A DNA stretch of 64,000 bases, taken from IMG/VR virus record IMGVR_UViG_3300021137_000001, positions 265,322 to 329,321 of that record. One strand, given 5' to 3'. Below the pieces are notes generated by a model. That model saw only the letters and a program-made list of their open reading frames with translations, was not told where the DNA came from and ran no database searches. The first letter of the stretch is position 1, and the number at the start of each line of letters is the position of its first letter. The position numbers and the translations under genes are program-made. This document shows, one piece after another, positions 47,469-55,797 of the stretch.

Positions 47469-48030
47469 ACAGACACTGATGAGGATTTTATATCCTTGCT
47501 GTATGAGGAGATTTCGGTCGCGTAATGGCCCCGAATGGAACCGTTAGACTAGACTAACGACGCAGCGTCAAACAAACCGTATTGCGCTATAAAAAGCGAA
47601 TAACAATATAAAATTAGGCTTAAAAGCCGAATGAATTGGGCACTGTGAAAAAGATACAACCCATAAGCATACTATAGTTGGCTAACTACGGCTATGGGTG
47701 CTACCGTCGTAAGAAGCAAGAGTAGGGAGTACAGGGCGACCGCTTCCGTAATAATATGTATATTATAATATATAAAAAGCAAGTAAGATAACAAGACTTT
47801 ATATATTATAGTGTATAATTTACACATCTCTTTTAGTTAGTATGATAGAAGAACTCGGATGAAGTTTTCTGTTATGCTTTGCCTTTAGTGGGTGAAGTAT
47901 GACTGTAATCTGGATGAAGCAGTATTAAAGTCAAAAGCAATACAGTAAGTATCAAAGTAATTTAGAATATATAAATTAGAAGAAAAAGCATTAAGCGAAG
48001 CGTAAATGCGAATGTCGTAAGACATTCTTT
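47469..48030 (+). ncRNA. Candidate large structured non-coding RNA (family unassigned)
   Basis: ~620 bp with no tracked ORF in a gene-dense genome; succession of stems, several with G-U pairs on the plus strand (see findings). Confidence 0.5.
48010..48030. terminator. Hairpin at the convergence point, likely terminator
   Basis: GAATGTC-GTAA-GACATTC-TTT (7-bp perfect stem, GNRA loop) between convergent transcription units. Confidence 0.5.
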
Positions 48031-48089
48031 AAAGTGTTTCTAAATTAGATAATATGTTTTATGCTCTAATAACGACTTTAGCTTACGTA

Positions 48090-48836
48090 TTATCTATTTG
48101 CATATTTGGCTATACGTGCTTCTGATATTGCTTTTTTATGTGCTTCTGACTTTGGTTTACGCATCTTTTGTTTTGTTTCTTCACTTTTTGGCGGTAACTT
48201 TTTTCCTTTATTAATCGCAGAAAGTTTAGCTTTAGTTTCATCGGACATAACTCTACCTTTACCTGCTGCAGATATTTTTGCTGATATTATATTCTTTTCT
48301 TCTTGAGAATATTTTTTTGCTACTCTTCCTTTTTGAGCAATACTCATACGTTCTTTCTGTTCCGCTGTTCTTTTTTTACCTATACAAGATGCACTACGTT
48401 TATCTATAGTTTCTTGCGAATGTACTCTTCCTTTTCCTGCTGCAGATATTTTAGCTTTCTGTTCCGCCGACATAGTCCGACCTGTAAGTCGAGCAGAATG
48501 TATTTTACTAAATTCTTCTTTAAGATTAGCAAATACACGACTGGTAATTTTAGTAATATATCGTTCTTGTTGATGAGTGCGTGATACCCGTCGCATACCA
48601 TTTAATGCATATATCATTTTTTCACGATTGCTACCTGTTGTTATTTTAATTAACAACCAATGACATATAAAATGCTCTCGCCCTGACAAATGAACAAGAT
48701 TATTCTTGCTATCTTGTCCTCCGATTGATTTCGGTATGATATGATGCTTTTCACTGTAAGAAAGCGGTGTTGATCTCAATTGCGCATTACTGACAATTGC
48801 ATCATACCACCGCTTGTATTTGTTTTTAATAAACAT
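48090..48836 (-). CDS. Free-standing HNH homing endonuclease with NUMOD3 repeats
   Basis: YSEKHHIIPKSIGG.D...NLV.L..REHFICHWLL; repeated K.KISAA.KGR; TAAATA at 48860-48855. Confidence 0.88.
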   Translation of the reverse strand: MFIKNKYKRWYDAIVSNAQLRSTPLSYSEKHHIIPKSIGGQDSKNNLVHLSGREHFICHWLLIKITTGSNREKMIYALNGMRRVSRTHQQERYITKITSRVFANLKEEFSKIHSARLTGRTMSAEQKAKISAAGKGRVHSQETIDKRSASCIGKKRTAEQKERMSIAQKGRVAKKYSQEEKNIISAKISAAGKGRVMSDETKAKLSAINKGKKLPPKSEETKQKMRKPKSEAHKKAISEARIAKYANR

Positions 48837-48894
48837 ATAAATCTCCTATATGTTTATTTATCTGCTTTACTTAAAAATGTGGATTAGTGTTTTA

Positions 48895-49113
48895 CTAAAA
48901 AAAAGGCAGCCCCGACTTCTGGGTCGTTTCCATATTCTCTTTAATTAACTTATTAATTATATTTCTATCAATAATACCTAGCATCATAGCTTCACTATAC
49001 GATACTGATCCTCGCATATACCAACAAATTCTTAATGCTTCGTCCTTAAAGGCTTTTGCTTCTTTTTCCATTGATTCTAACTCAGATTCTATTTCTTCGT
49101 TAGATTGACTCAA
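48895..49113 (-). CDS. gp51-like baseplate/tail assembly chaperone segment, probably expressed as a -1 frameshift extension of 49119..49964
   Basis: ICWYMRG.VSY.EAM.L...DR.II..LI.EN pattern; no ATG or well-spaced RBS; in the -1 frame of the upstream slippery site. Confidence 0.7.
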   Translation of the reverse strand: MSQSNEEIESELESMEKEAKAFKDEALRICWYMRGSVSYSEAMMLGIIDRNIINKLIKENMETTQKSGLPFF

Positions 49114-49118
49114 AAGCC

Positions 49119-49964
49119 TTATGCGAAAAAACTTGTTTGATTGAACTCCAATTTAACTTTATATGATTTCTCACATTCATTGCATACTAGTTCTACTGGC
49201 TCTAATGCGTTGGCACCAACAGTTTCTTCGATTAGTAACTTTACACCATCATATGTTTTTCTATCTGTGTTGACTAAAAAGTCTTGTATTAACACAGCTT
49301 CAGCTACTTTAATTCCATCTTCAGTTGTAATAGATTCTATACATGATACTAGTGTACCTATGTTAAGTTCAGTCAACTTATCAAATGCTTCTTGGAATAG
49401 TTTTTGTTTTTCCGTTTCCTCTAAGTCACTGCTAGAAATAACACTAACTAATTTTTGCTGTTCGAATGATATTAATCCTACGCGATTTAAATCATTGTAC
49501 GTTTGTGGTTTTAATTTAAACAGTAAACCATTTAAATGAGTTGATTCTGTGTATTTTCTTAACGGTGCTACGTTGTCTAATACATGGCGTAAATCGACTG
49601 TGTGTTCGTTTTCTCCTTGACAATGTGGGCAAGTACTGGTCATATCCATGCCACTACCGTAACTTGCTAGCCTAATTGCAATTAAGATAGAATCTAAATC
49701 AATTAATGGAATAATCCACGGATCTTTAATATTAGGACAACAGCTGGCAATCATATCACGCATGCCTGCACCGTTCATTAGTGCATCTGGTGTTTTTAAT
49801 AAAATTTCGTCTTTAATTGTCATTGGGTAAATTGGAATTTCACCAGTTAGTGATATGTCTAATGAACCTTGCGGGTAAAACTTACCACCGCTGGGTAGTT
49901 TTAAATAAATTGAAGGCTGTCTGAAATGACTTGCTAGCGGATTATTTGCTATTGAATTGCTCAT
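49119..49964 (-). CDS. gp26: Baseplate hub assembly protein / tail assembly chaperone, gp26-like
   Basis: NPL..HFRQP.IY.KLPSGG.FY...PMT.KDEI.LKTPDAL.NG...DLD.ILIAIR.ASYG...CPHC...C.EC. Start at MSNSIA after GGAG (track gives 50084). Confidence 0.8.
   Translation of the reverse strand: MSNSIANNPLASHFRQPSIYLKLPSGGKFYPQGSLDISLTGEIPIYPMTIKDEILLKTPDALMNGAGMRDMIASCCPNIKDPWIIPLIDLDSILIAIRLASYGSGMDMTSTCPHCQGENEHTVDLRHVLDNVAPLRKYTESTHLNGLLFKLKPQTYNDLNRVGLISFEQQKLVSVISSSDLEETEKQKLFQEAFDKLTELNIGTLVSCIESITTEDGIKVAEAVLIQDFLVNTDRKTYDGVKLLIEETVGANALEPVELVCNECEKSYKVKLEFNQTSFFA
49125..49131 (-). other. Predicted programmed -1 ribosomal frameshift site (T TTT TTC)
   Basis: AGT TTT TTC GCA TAA; the -1 frame reads TTT CGC ATA AGG CTT TTG AGT CAA, continuous with ORF 48895..49113. 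Confidence 0.7.
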
Positions 49965-50024
49965 AGGGGTTTTAAACTCCATAAATATACTATGTAATAC
50001 CATATATTTATTTGGATAAAACCC

Positions 50025-52178
50025 ATGGCAATTAAAATAGACATTCCTGGCTTCGGCGAAGTTACTGTAGAAGGAGCTGCACAAGAGGATACAATGCAGG
50101 CCATCCTTGCAGCTGTTAATAAAACAGACAAAAGCAAAGCCGCCGACGAAAAGAAAAATAAAAAAGCCACAGACGATGCCGCTAAATCCGCAGCGACTAT
50201 GGCACTAGGATTAGATGACGCTGTAGAAGCTGCCAAAAAAGCAACAAAAGAAGAAAAATTAAGAACTGACAAACGTGAGAAAGAAATAAAACACGCTACT
50301 AAAGAAGCGATAGCGCAAGTTGGCAACTTTGGAGTTGCTCTTGCATCAACTGCAGCCAGTGTTGCAACTAGCATGATTAAAAACATTGATGCAAATGCAG
50401 AAAATCCAATTGCTTTAGGTGCCGGGCTTATTAATACTGGCCTTGACATGGTCGGAGCTGCACTTAAAATTGGGGTCGATGTTATTTCATCATTTACTGG
50501 CGCATTAGCTGGTGCAATACCTGTTGTTGGCGGTGGAGCACAACGACTCAATGACGGACTTGCAAATGTAGCAAAAGAAGTAATTGACTTTGGTGTGCAA
50601 GTTGCTAAAGCTGCAAATGACTTTATGGCCGCAGAGTTTGAAAAAACTGCTGCATCGATGAAAGCAATGACAGCATCAGGCGCAAGTTTTGCTGGCGGCA
50701 TGACAGAATTACGGCAAATTGCAAATGACAGTGGAGTTGGGTTGACTGTATTTACTAAAGTAGTACAAAATAGTCAAAATTATCTACACACATTTGGTAT
50801 AACCGCAACAGAATCAACAGCGTTAGTGTCATTGGGAATGAAAACATTAGCAAATACCACACGAACTGTGAATGGTGTGCAAATGAAAGCACGTGATCAA
50901 CTATTAAATCTAGGCTATAGCTATGAAGAACAAGGTGAGATCATGTCACAGTACATGGTATCACAAAAATTAGCAGGGAAAAATCTTGCTGATATGACGC
51001 CAAAAGCATTAACTGATGGTGTATTAGAATATGCAAAAAACTTAAAGGTTATTAGTGATATAACTGGTCAAGATGCTAAGAAGTTAATGGAAAAAGCGCA
51101 AGCAGAAACCATGCGCGGAGCAATGCTTGGTAAGTTAGATGAAAAACAATCTAAGGCATACGCCGAGTCATATGCTGTATTATCAAAAGCAGGTCCTGAA
51201 ATGGGTGCTAAAATGCAAATTGCATTAACACAAATAATGTCAGGTAATGCTATTACAGATCCTATTATTGCTGGTAATAGAACTGTAATGGATATGTTAC
51301 ATAAGACTGCAAGTGAAGCTATGGAAGGTCAAACTGGCATGGCAGCTAAAACTTTTGATAATATGCAAGAGGCAGGCGCAAATATTAAAAAATTCGGTGA
51401 ACGAGCAACCGATACTGCTGCATTAGAAGGAGTAATGGATCCTACAGTTAAAGGATTTGCGGAATTAAATAATTCATTAATAATGCTAACACCTGCTATG
51501 GCAGCATCAGGTACAGCCTCAGAAATCGCAGCCAAAGCACAATCTGAAACTACAGACAAAGTATCACAAGATTTTGCTAAAGCATCAAACTCTGCAGCTC
51601 ATTTTGGGGTAGCATTAGAAACAATTGCTACAGATAATATGGCTGCTTATGCTGATGTATTAGTAAAAGCAATTGGAGTAACACAAACTGCAATCCAAGA
51701 TGGTATTGCAGCATCGTTAGATTTTAAAAAGTGGGCTGCAGCTAAAGGTAAAGAACTAGCAGAAACGGGTCCAGAAAAAGAAATGAGTACTGGGCGTAAA
51801 ATATTAGATTATGGAGCAACAGCAATTGGTGCAACTGCTGGTGCATTAATAGGTGGAGGTACAACTGCCGGTCTCGGTACTGTTGTTGGCGGAGTTGCTG
51901 GTGGTAGTTTAGGGCATGAAGCAGGCTCGTGGGCTGCTGATAAATTAGGATTTGCTAAAGGAGGTATTGCATCAGGATCAATTGGCGGCTATCAAGAGTT
52001 ACTGCACGGTACAGAAGCAGTTGTACCATTACCAGACGGTAAATCAATACCAGTTAGCTTAGATAGTAGTTCATTAAATGCATCGATACAACAACAAACT
52101 ATGATTTTAAATGGAATACTTGCGGCAATGAATAAAAATAATCATCTATCGTCTGGAATATTACAGAACAGTTACTAA
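50025..52178 (+). CDS. Tape-measure-like protein (gp29-equivalent)
   Basis: Ala-rich helical protein with glycine-zipper/hydrophobic segments, C-terminal FAKGGI..G...LHGTEAVVPLPDG; adjacent to the chaperone pair. Confidence 0.7.
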   Translation: MAIKIDIPGFGEVTVEGAAQEDTMQAILAAVNKTDKSKAADEKKNKKATDDAAKSAATMALGLDDAVEAAKKATKEEKLRTDKREKEIKHATKEAIAQVGNFGVALASTAASVATSMIKNIDANAENPIALGAGLINTGLDMVGAALKIGVDVISSFTGALAGAIPVVGGGAQRLNDGLANVAKEVIDFGVQVAKAANDFMAAEFEKTAASMKAMTASGASFAGGMTELRQIANDSGVGLTVFTKVVQNSQNYLHTFGITATESTALVSLGMKTLANTTRTVNGVQMKARDQLLNLGYSYEEQGEIMSQYMVSQKLAGKNLADMTPKALTDGVLEYAKNLKVISDITGQDAKKLMEKAQAETMRGAMLGKLDEKQSKAYAESYAVLSKAGPEMGAKMQIALTQIMSGNAITDPIIAGNRTVMDMLHKTASEAMEGQTGMAAKTFDNMQEAGANIKKFGERATDTAALEGVMDPTVKGFAELNNSLIMLTPAMAASGTASEIAAKAQSETTDKVSQDFAKASNSAAHFGVALETIATDNMAAYADVLVKAIGVTQTAIQDGIAASLDFKKWAAAKGKELAETGPEKEMSTGRKILDYGATAIGATAGALIGGGTTAGLGTVVGGVAGGSLGHEAGSWAADKLGFAKGGIASGSIGGYQELLHGTEAVVPLPDGKSIPVSLDSSSLNASIQQQTMILNGILAAMNKNNHLSSGILQNSY

Positions 52179-52180
52179 GC

Positions 52181-52188
52181 TATAAATA
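52181..52188 (+). promoter_or_regulatory. T4-type late promoter TATAAATA for the portal gene
   Basis: Exact T4 late consensus 24 nt before the ATG. Confidence 0.75.
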
Positions 52189-52212
52189 CACTATCGTAAA
52201 GAGAATATAAAC

Positions 52213-53922
52213 ATGGCTGGATGGAAAAAACATTTTAGAACTGCAAACACTAGTGGACAAATGAGTCCGATTGGCAACAATTCATCTGCTGATCCAAGCT
52301 ATCGTAATTTTGCCAGTCAACTACCTGAAGTATATATCGGGCACCCAAATCGTACTGAACGTTATAATCAGTATGAGCAAATGGATATGGATAGTGAAGT
52401 CAATGCTGCACTTGATATTATTGCAGAGTTTTGTTCACAACCTAACACAGAAAATGGCACAGGCTTTGATTTATACTTTAAAGAAAAGCCAACAGACAAC
52501 GAAATCAAACTACTTAAAGATCAACTGCTACAGTGGGTTAATCTAAATCAATTAAACAAACGCTTATTTAAACTTGTACGTAATACATTAAAGTATGGCG
52601 ATCAAGTATTCTTACGTGATCCGGAAACATTTAAGTTATACTGGACAGAAATGGGCAGTGTAATCAAAGTTATTGTTAATGAAGCAGAAGGCAAAGAGCC
52701 AGAGCAATATGTAATTAAAAATCTTAATCTTAACTTTCAAAACTTAACTGCTACTGCATTAAGTTCAAGCGATACATATACAAATCACCCGCAACAAGGT
52801 GGTAGTGGTGGACAAGGTTCTTATGTACAACCTAATGTTCCGTACAGTGGCGGTTCACGCTTTAGTCATGCGCAAAACGAAGCAGTGCTAAATGCAGAAC
52901 ACGTTGTACATATTAGTTTAACAGAGGGCTTGGATGTAAACTGGCCGTTTGGTACTAGTATTCTTGAAAGTATATTTAAAATCTTTAAACAAAAAGAATT
53001 GTTAGAAGATGCTATTATTATCTACCGCGTACAACGTGCGCCAGAAAGACGTGTATTTAAAATTGATGTTGGTAATATGCCAACCCACATGGCTATGGCG
53101 TTTGTGGACAGAATTAAAAATGAAGTACATCAACGTCGCATACCAACACAAACTGGTGGCGGTGCAAATATGATGGATGCAACATACAATCCACTATCAA
53201 CAAATGAAGACTTTTTCTTCCCAGTTGGCGCAGAAGGGCGCGGTTCAACAGTCGAAGCATTGCCGGGTGGTAGCAACTTAGGTGAGATTACAGACTTACG
53301 TTTCTTTACTAATAAAATGTTCCGTGGCTTACGTATTCCTAGTAGTTACTTGCCGACTGGTGCAGATGATAGTTCATCTACATTTAATGACGGACGTGGT
53401 ACTACGGCGTTAATTCAAGAATGGCGCTTTAATCAATACTGTATGCGTTTACAAACTATGATAGTTGAAAAACTAGATAGTGAATTTAAAATGTTTATGC
53501 GCTGGAGAGGTATTAATATTGACGGACAGTTATTTGAATTAAGACTAAACGAACCACAAAACTTTGCAAAATATCGTCAAGCAGAAGTTGATGCAGCACG
53601 TATTACTGCATTTACACAACTAGAAGCAGTTCCTTACTTGAGCAAACGCTTTTTACTTACTAGATACTTAGATTTAAGTGAAGAAGAAATGCAACAAAAT
53701 GACGAGATGTGGGCAGAAGAACACGAAGATAGTGCTGCACCAGTTGATACTGATGCTGGCTTACGTGCTGTTGGAGTAACACCAGCAAGTATCGAAGGCG
53801 ATATGAGTAATTTAGAGATGCCTGAAATACCAGCAGAAGGTGAACCAGCACCAGAAGCTGGTGGATTACCTCCACCGACGGGTGTACCGCCTGCATCAGC
53901 TCCTCCACCAGCCGGAATGTAA
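52213..53922 (+). CDS. gp20: Portal protein, T4 gp20-like
   Basis: MDMDSEVNAALDII; KQKELLEDAIIIYRVQRAPERRVFKIDVGNMP; EDFFFP...GS.VE.LPGG.NLGEI.D..FF..K..RGLRIP.S. Confidence 0.95.
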   Translation: MAGWKKHFRTANTSGQMSPIGNNSSADPSYRNFASQLPEVYIGHPNRTERYNQYEQMDMDSEVNAALDIIAEFCSQPNTENGTGFDLYFKEKPTDNEIKLLKDQLLQWVNLNQLNKRLFKLVRNTLKYGDQVFLRDPETFKLYWTEMGSVIKVIVNEAEGKEPEQYVIKNLNLNFQNLTATALSSSDTYTNHPQQGGSGGQGSYVQPNVPYSGGSRFSHAQNEAVLNAEHVVHISLTEGLDVNWPFGTSILESIFKIFKQKELLEDAIIIYRVQRAPERRVFKIDVGNMPTHMAMAFVDRIKNEVHQRRIPTQTGGGANMMDATYNPLSTNEDFFFPVGAEGRGSTVEALPGGSNLGEITDLRFFTNKMFRGLRIPSSYLPTGADDSSSTFNDGRGTTALIQEWRFNQYCMRLQTMIVEKLDSEFKMFMRWRGINIDGQLFELRLNEPQNFAKYRQAEVDAARITAFTQLEAVPYLSKRFLLTRYLDLSEEEMQQNDEMWAEEHEDSAAPVDTDAGLRAVGVTPASIEGDMSNLEMPEIPAEGEPAPEAGGLPPPTGVPPASAPPPAGM

Positions 53923-53941
53923 CAGTTAGATAAATAATACT

Positions 53942-54166
53942 ATGAACTTACTTGAAATGTTTAATGATGATATAGAACTAGGTCACCGCACTGAAGAGGA
54001 GGACAATACACCTCTTAAACTAAGTGATCTACGTAAAACTAAATTAACATTAACACAATTACATCGTTTACGAATTATGAATGATGTACGCAGACTAGAG
54101 AAAGAACAAGATTTAGAAAGAGTAAGAAGTCAATACAAACCGGCGGAAGTTGCACCACCGATGTAG
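53942..54166 (+). CDS. Small head-morphogenesis protein (hypothetical)
   Basis: Between the portal and core genes; N-terminal LLE; TAAATA-N5-ATG. Confidence 0.65.
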   Translation: MNLLEMFNDDIELGHRTEEEDNTPLKLSDLRKTKLTLTQLHRLRIMNDVRRLEKEQDLERVRSQYKPAEVAPPM

Positions 54167-54293
54167 TTATCAATCAGAATCAATCAAAAAACACGCATTT
54201 AACTTCAATTTTTCAATAAACCAGTAAATAATATTACAGAGATAATACATTGATGTATATCTCACCTAGACACACATTTTAAGGAGTTCTTTT

Positions 54294-55133
54294 ATGAACA
54301 AGTATGAACAGTTAATAGAACATATCATTAATGACGAAACAGATAAAGCTCGCGAATTATTCCACAACATCGTTGTTGAAAAATCACGTGACATTTACGA
54401 GTCATTAGTTGACGAGTCAGATTTAGAAGAAGTTGGCGGTAACCCAGTTAAAAGTTTCCGTAACGAAGTTGAACTTGACGAGCAAGGTATCACTGAAGAA
54501 GAATTTGACGGCGAAGAAGAATTTGGCGCTGAAGAAGAATTTGACGGCGAAGAAGACGAAGGCGGCGAAAGTGATTTCGACAACGGCGGCGAATTTGACG
54601 GTGAAGAACAAGGCGAAGCTGAAATCGAAGATCGCGTAGTTGATCTTGAGTCTGCACTAGACGAACTTAAAGCTGAATTTGATGCTTTAATGTCTGGTGA
54701 AGAAAATGAGCCAGAACACGCTGACATGTTCGGTGGTGAAGAAGAAAATGAATTTGACGGCGAAGAAGCTGGCGAATTTGATGGTGAAGAAGAAAACGAA
54801 TTTGGTGAATCAATTGTACGTGAATACGTAGAAAAAGTTGCTGCACCGAGCAAAACTGAAGGCGGCGAAGTTGGTCGTGGCGGTTCTGTATCAGTAAACA
54901 AACAATCTACAGTTGCTAAAAAGAATGATATGGGTGGAACATCATCTAATATCGCTCGTGGCGGTGTAGCAGTTGGCGGTAAATCTGCTCCAAAAGGTCG
55001 TTTGATTGGTGATGTACAAAATACAGCTGGTGGTTCAAAGAAACTATCATCAGTAAGTAAACCAGCAGGTGCAGAAGGCCAAACAACTGACGGTAAATTG
55101 CCAGTTGCAACTAAAAGCCCGTTAGCACGTTAA
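54294..55133 (+). CDS. Acidic prohead core/internal protein
   Basis: Very Glu-rich with EFDGEEE repeats; immediately upstream of the prohead protease; AAGGAG RBS. Confidence 0.7.
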   Translation: MNKYEQLIEHIINDETDKARELFHNIVVEKSRDIYESLVDESDLEEVGGNPVKSFRNEVELDEQGITEEEFDGEEEFGAEEEFDGEEDEGGESDFDNGGEFDGEEQGEAEIEDRVVDLESALDELKAEFDALMSGEENEPEHADMFGGEEENEFDGEEAGEFDGEEENEFGESIVREYVEKVAAPSKTEGGEVGRGGSVSVNKQSTVAKKNDMGGTSSNIARGGVAVGGKSAPKGRLIGDVQNTAGGSKKLSSVSKPAGAEGQTTDGKLPVATKSPLAR

Positions 55134-55146
55134 TTAGGACAAAATC

Positions 55147-55788
55147 ATGGCTTCATACTTAAAAGAAAATTTAACGTTTGATAATGCTAGAATGGAAATT
55201 CTAACAGAAGATAGCCATGATGGTAAAAGCAAACATCTATACATGAAAGGTATATTCATTCAAGGCGGCGTTAAAAACCACAATGAAAGAGTATATCCTG
55301 TAAGTGAAATTGGTAATGCTGTTGGTTCCATCATGGAACAAATCAAAGGTGGCTACAGTGTATTAGGTGAAGTAGATCACCCAGATGATTTAAAAATTAA
55401 CTTAGACCGCGTAAGTCACATGATTACAGATATGTGGATGGACGGGCCTAATGGCTTTGGCAAACTAAAAATATTACCTACTCCGATGGGGAAGTTAGTA
55501 GAAACGATGTTAGAAAGTGGTGTTAAACTTGGTGTTAGTTCTAGAGGTAGCGGTAACGTTAGCGAAGGTAACGGTCAAGTGAGTGACTTTGAAATAGTCA
55601 CAGTAGATGTAGTTGCGCAGCCTAGTGCTCCAGCTGCATATCCAACAGCGATTTATGAAGGACTGTTGAATATGCGTGGTGGACATAAAGTGTTCGAGAT
55701 GGCACGTGATGCCAGCGCAGATCAAAAGGTACAAAAGTATTTGAAAGAGCAAGTTACTCGCTTAATCAGAGATTTAAAATTAAAATAG
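55147..55788 (+). CDS. gp21: Prohead protease, T4 gp21-like
   Basis: GIFIQG.VKN.N.RVYP; LGEVDHP; GVSSRGSG; DVVAQPSAP.AYP. Confidence 0.95.
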   Translation: MASYLKENLTFDNARMEILTEDSHDGKSKHLYMKGIFIQGGVKNHNERVYPVSEIGNAVGSIMEQIKGGYSVLGEVDHPDDLKINLDRVSHMITDMWMDGPNGFGKLKILPTPMGKLVETMLESGVKLGVSSRGSGNVSEGNGQVSDFEIVTVDVVAQPSAPAAYPTAIYEGLLNMRGGHKVFEMARDASADQKVQKYLKEQVTRLIRDLKLK

Positions 55789-55797
55789 GAGATCAGT

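Noticed and set aside
47476-47500. CTGATGA followed by a stem, resembling a hammerhead ribozyme core
   Set aside because: No GAAA follows the stem and no matching stems I/III were found
46683-48090. tRNA, tmRNA or rRNA genes
   Set aside because: No cloverleaf with T-loop GTTCRA and acceptor stem, and no rRNA-like sequence, recognised by eye; tRNAscan/ARAGORN would settle it
49961-50701. 246-aa minus-strand ORF and other antisense ORFs (e.g. 54395..54901, 60439..60924, 713..1114)
   Set aside because: Shadow frames opposite well-supported genes, explained by codon bias or low complexity; no motifs or expression signals
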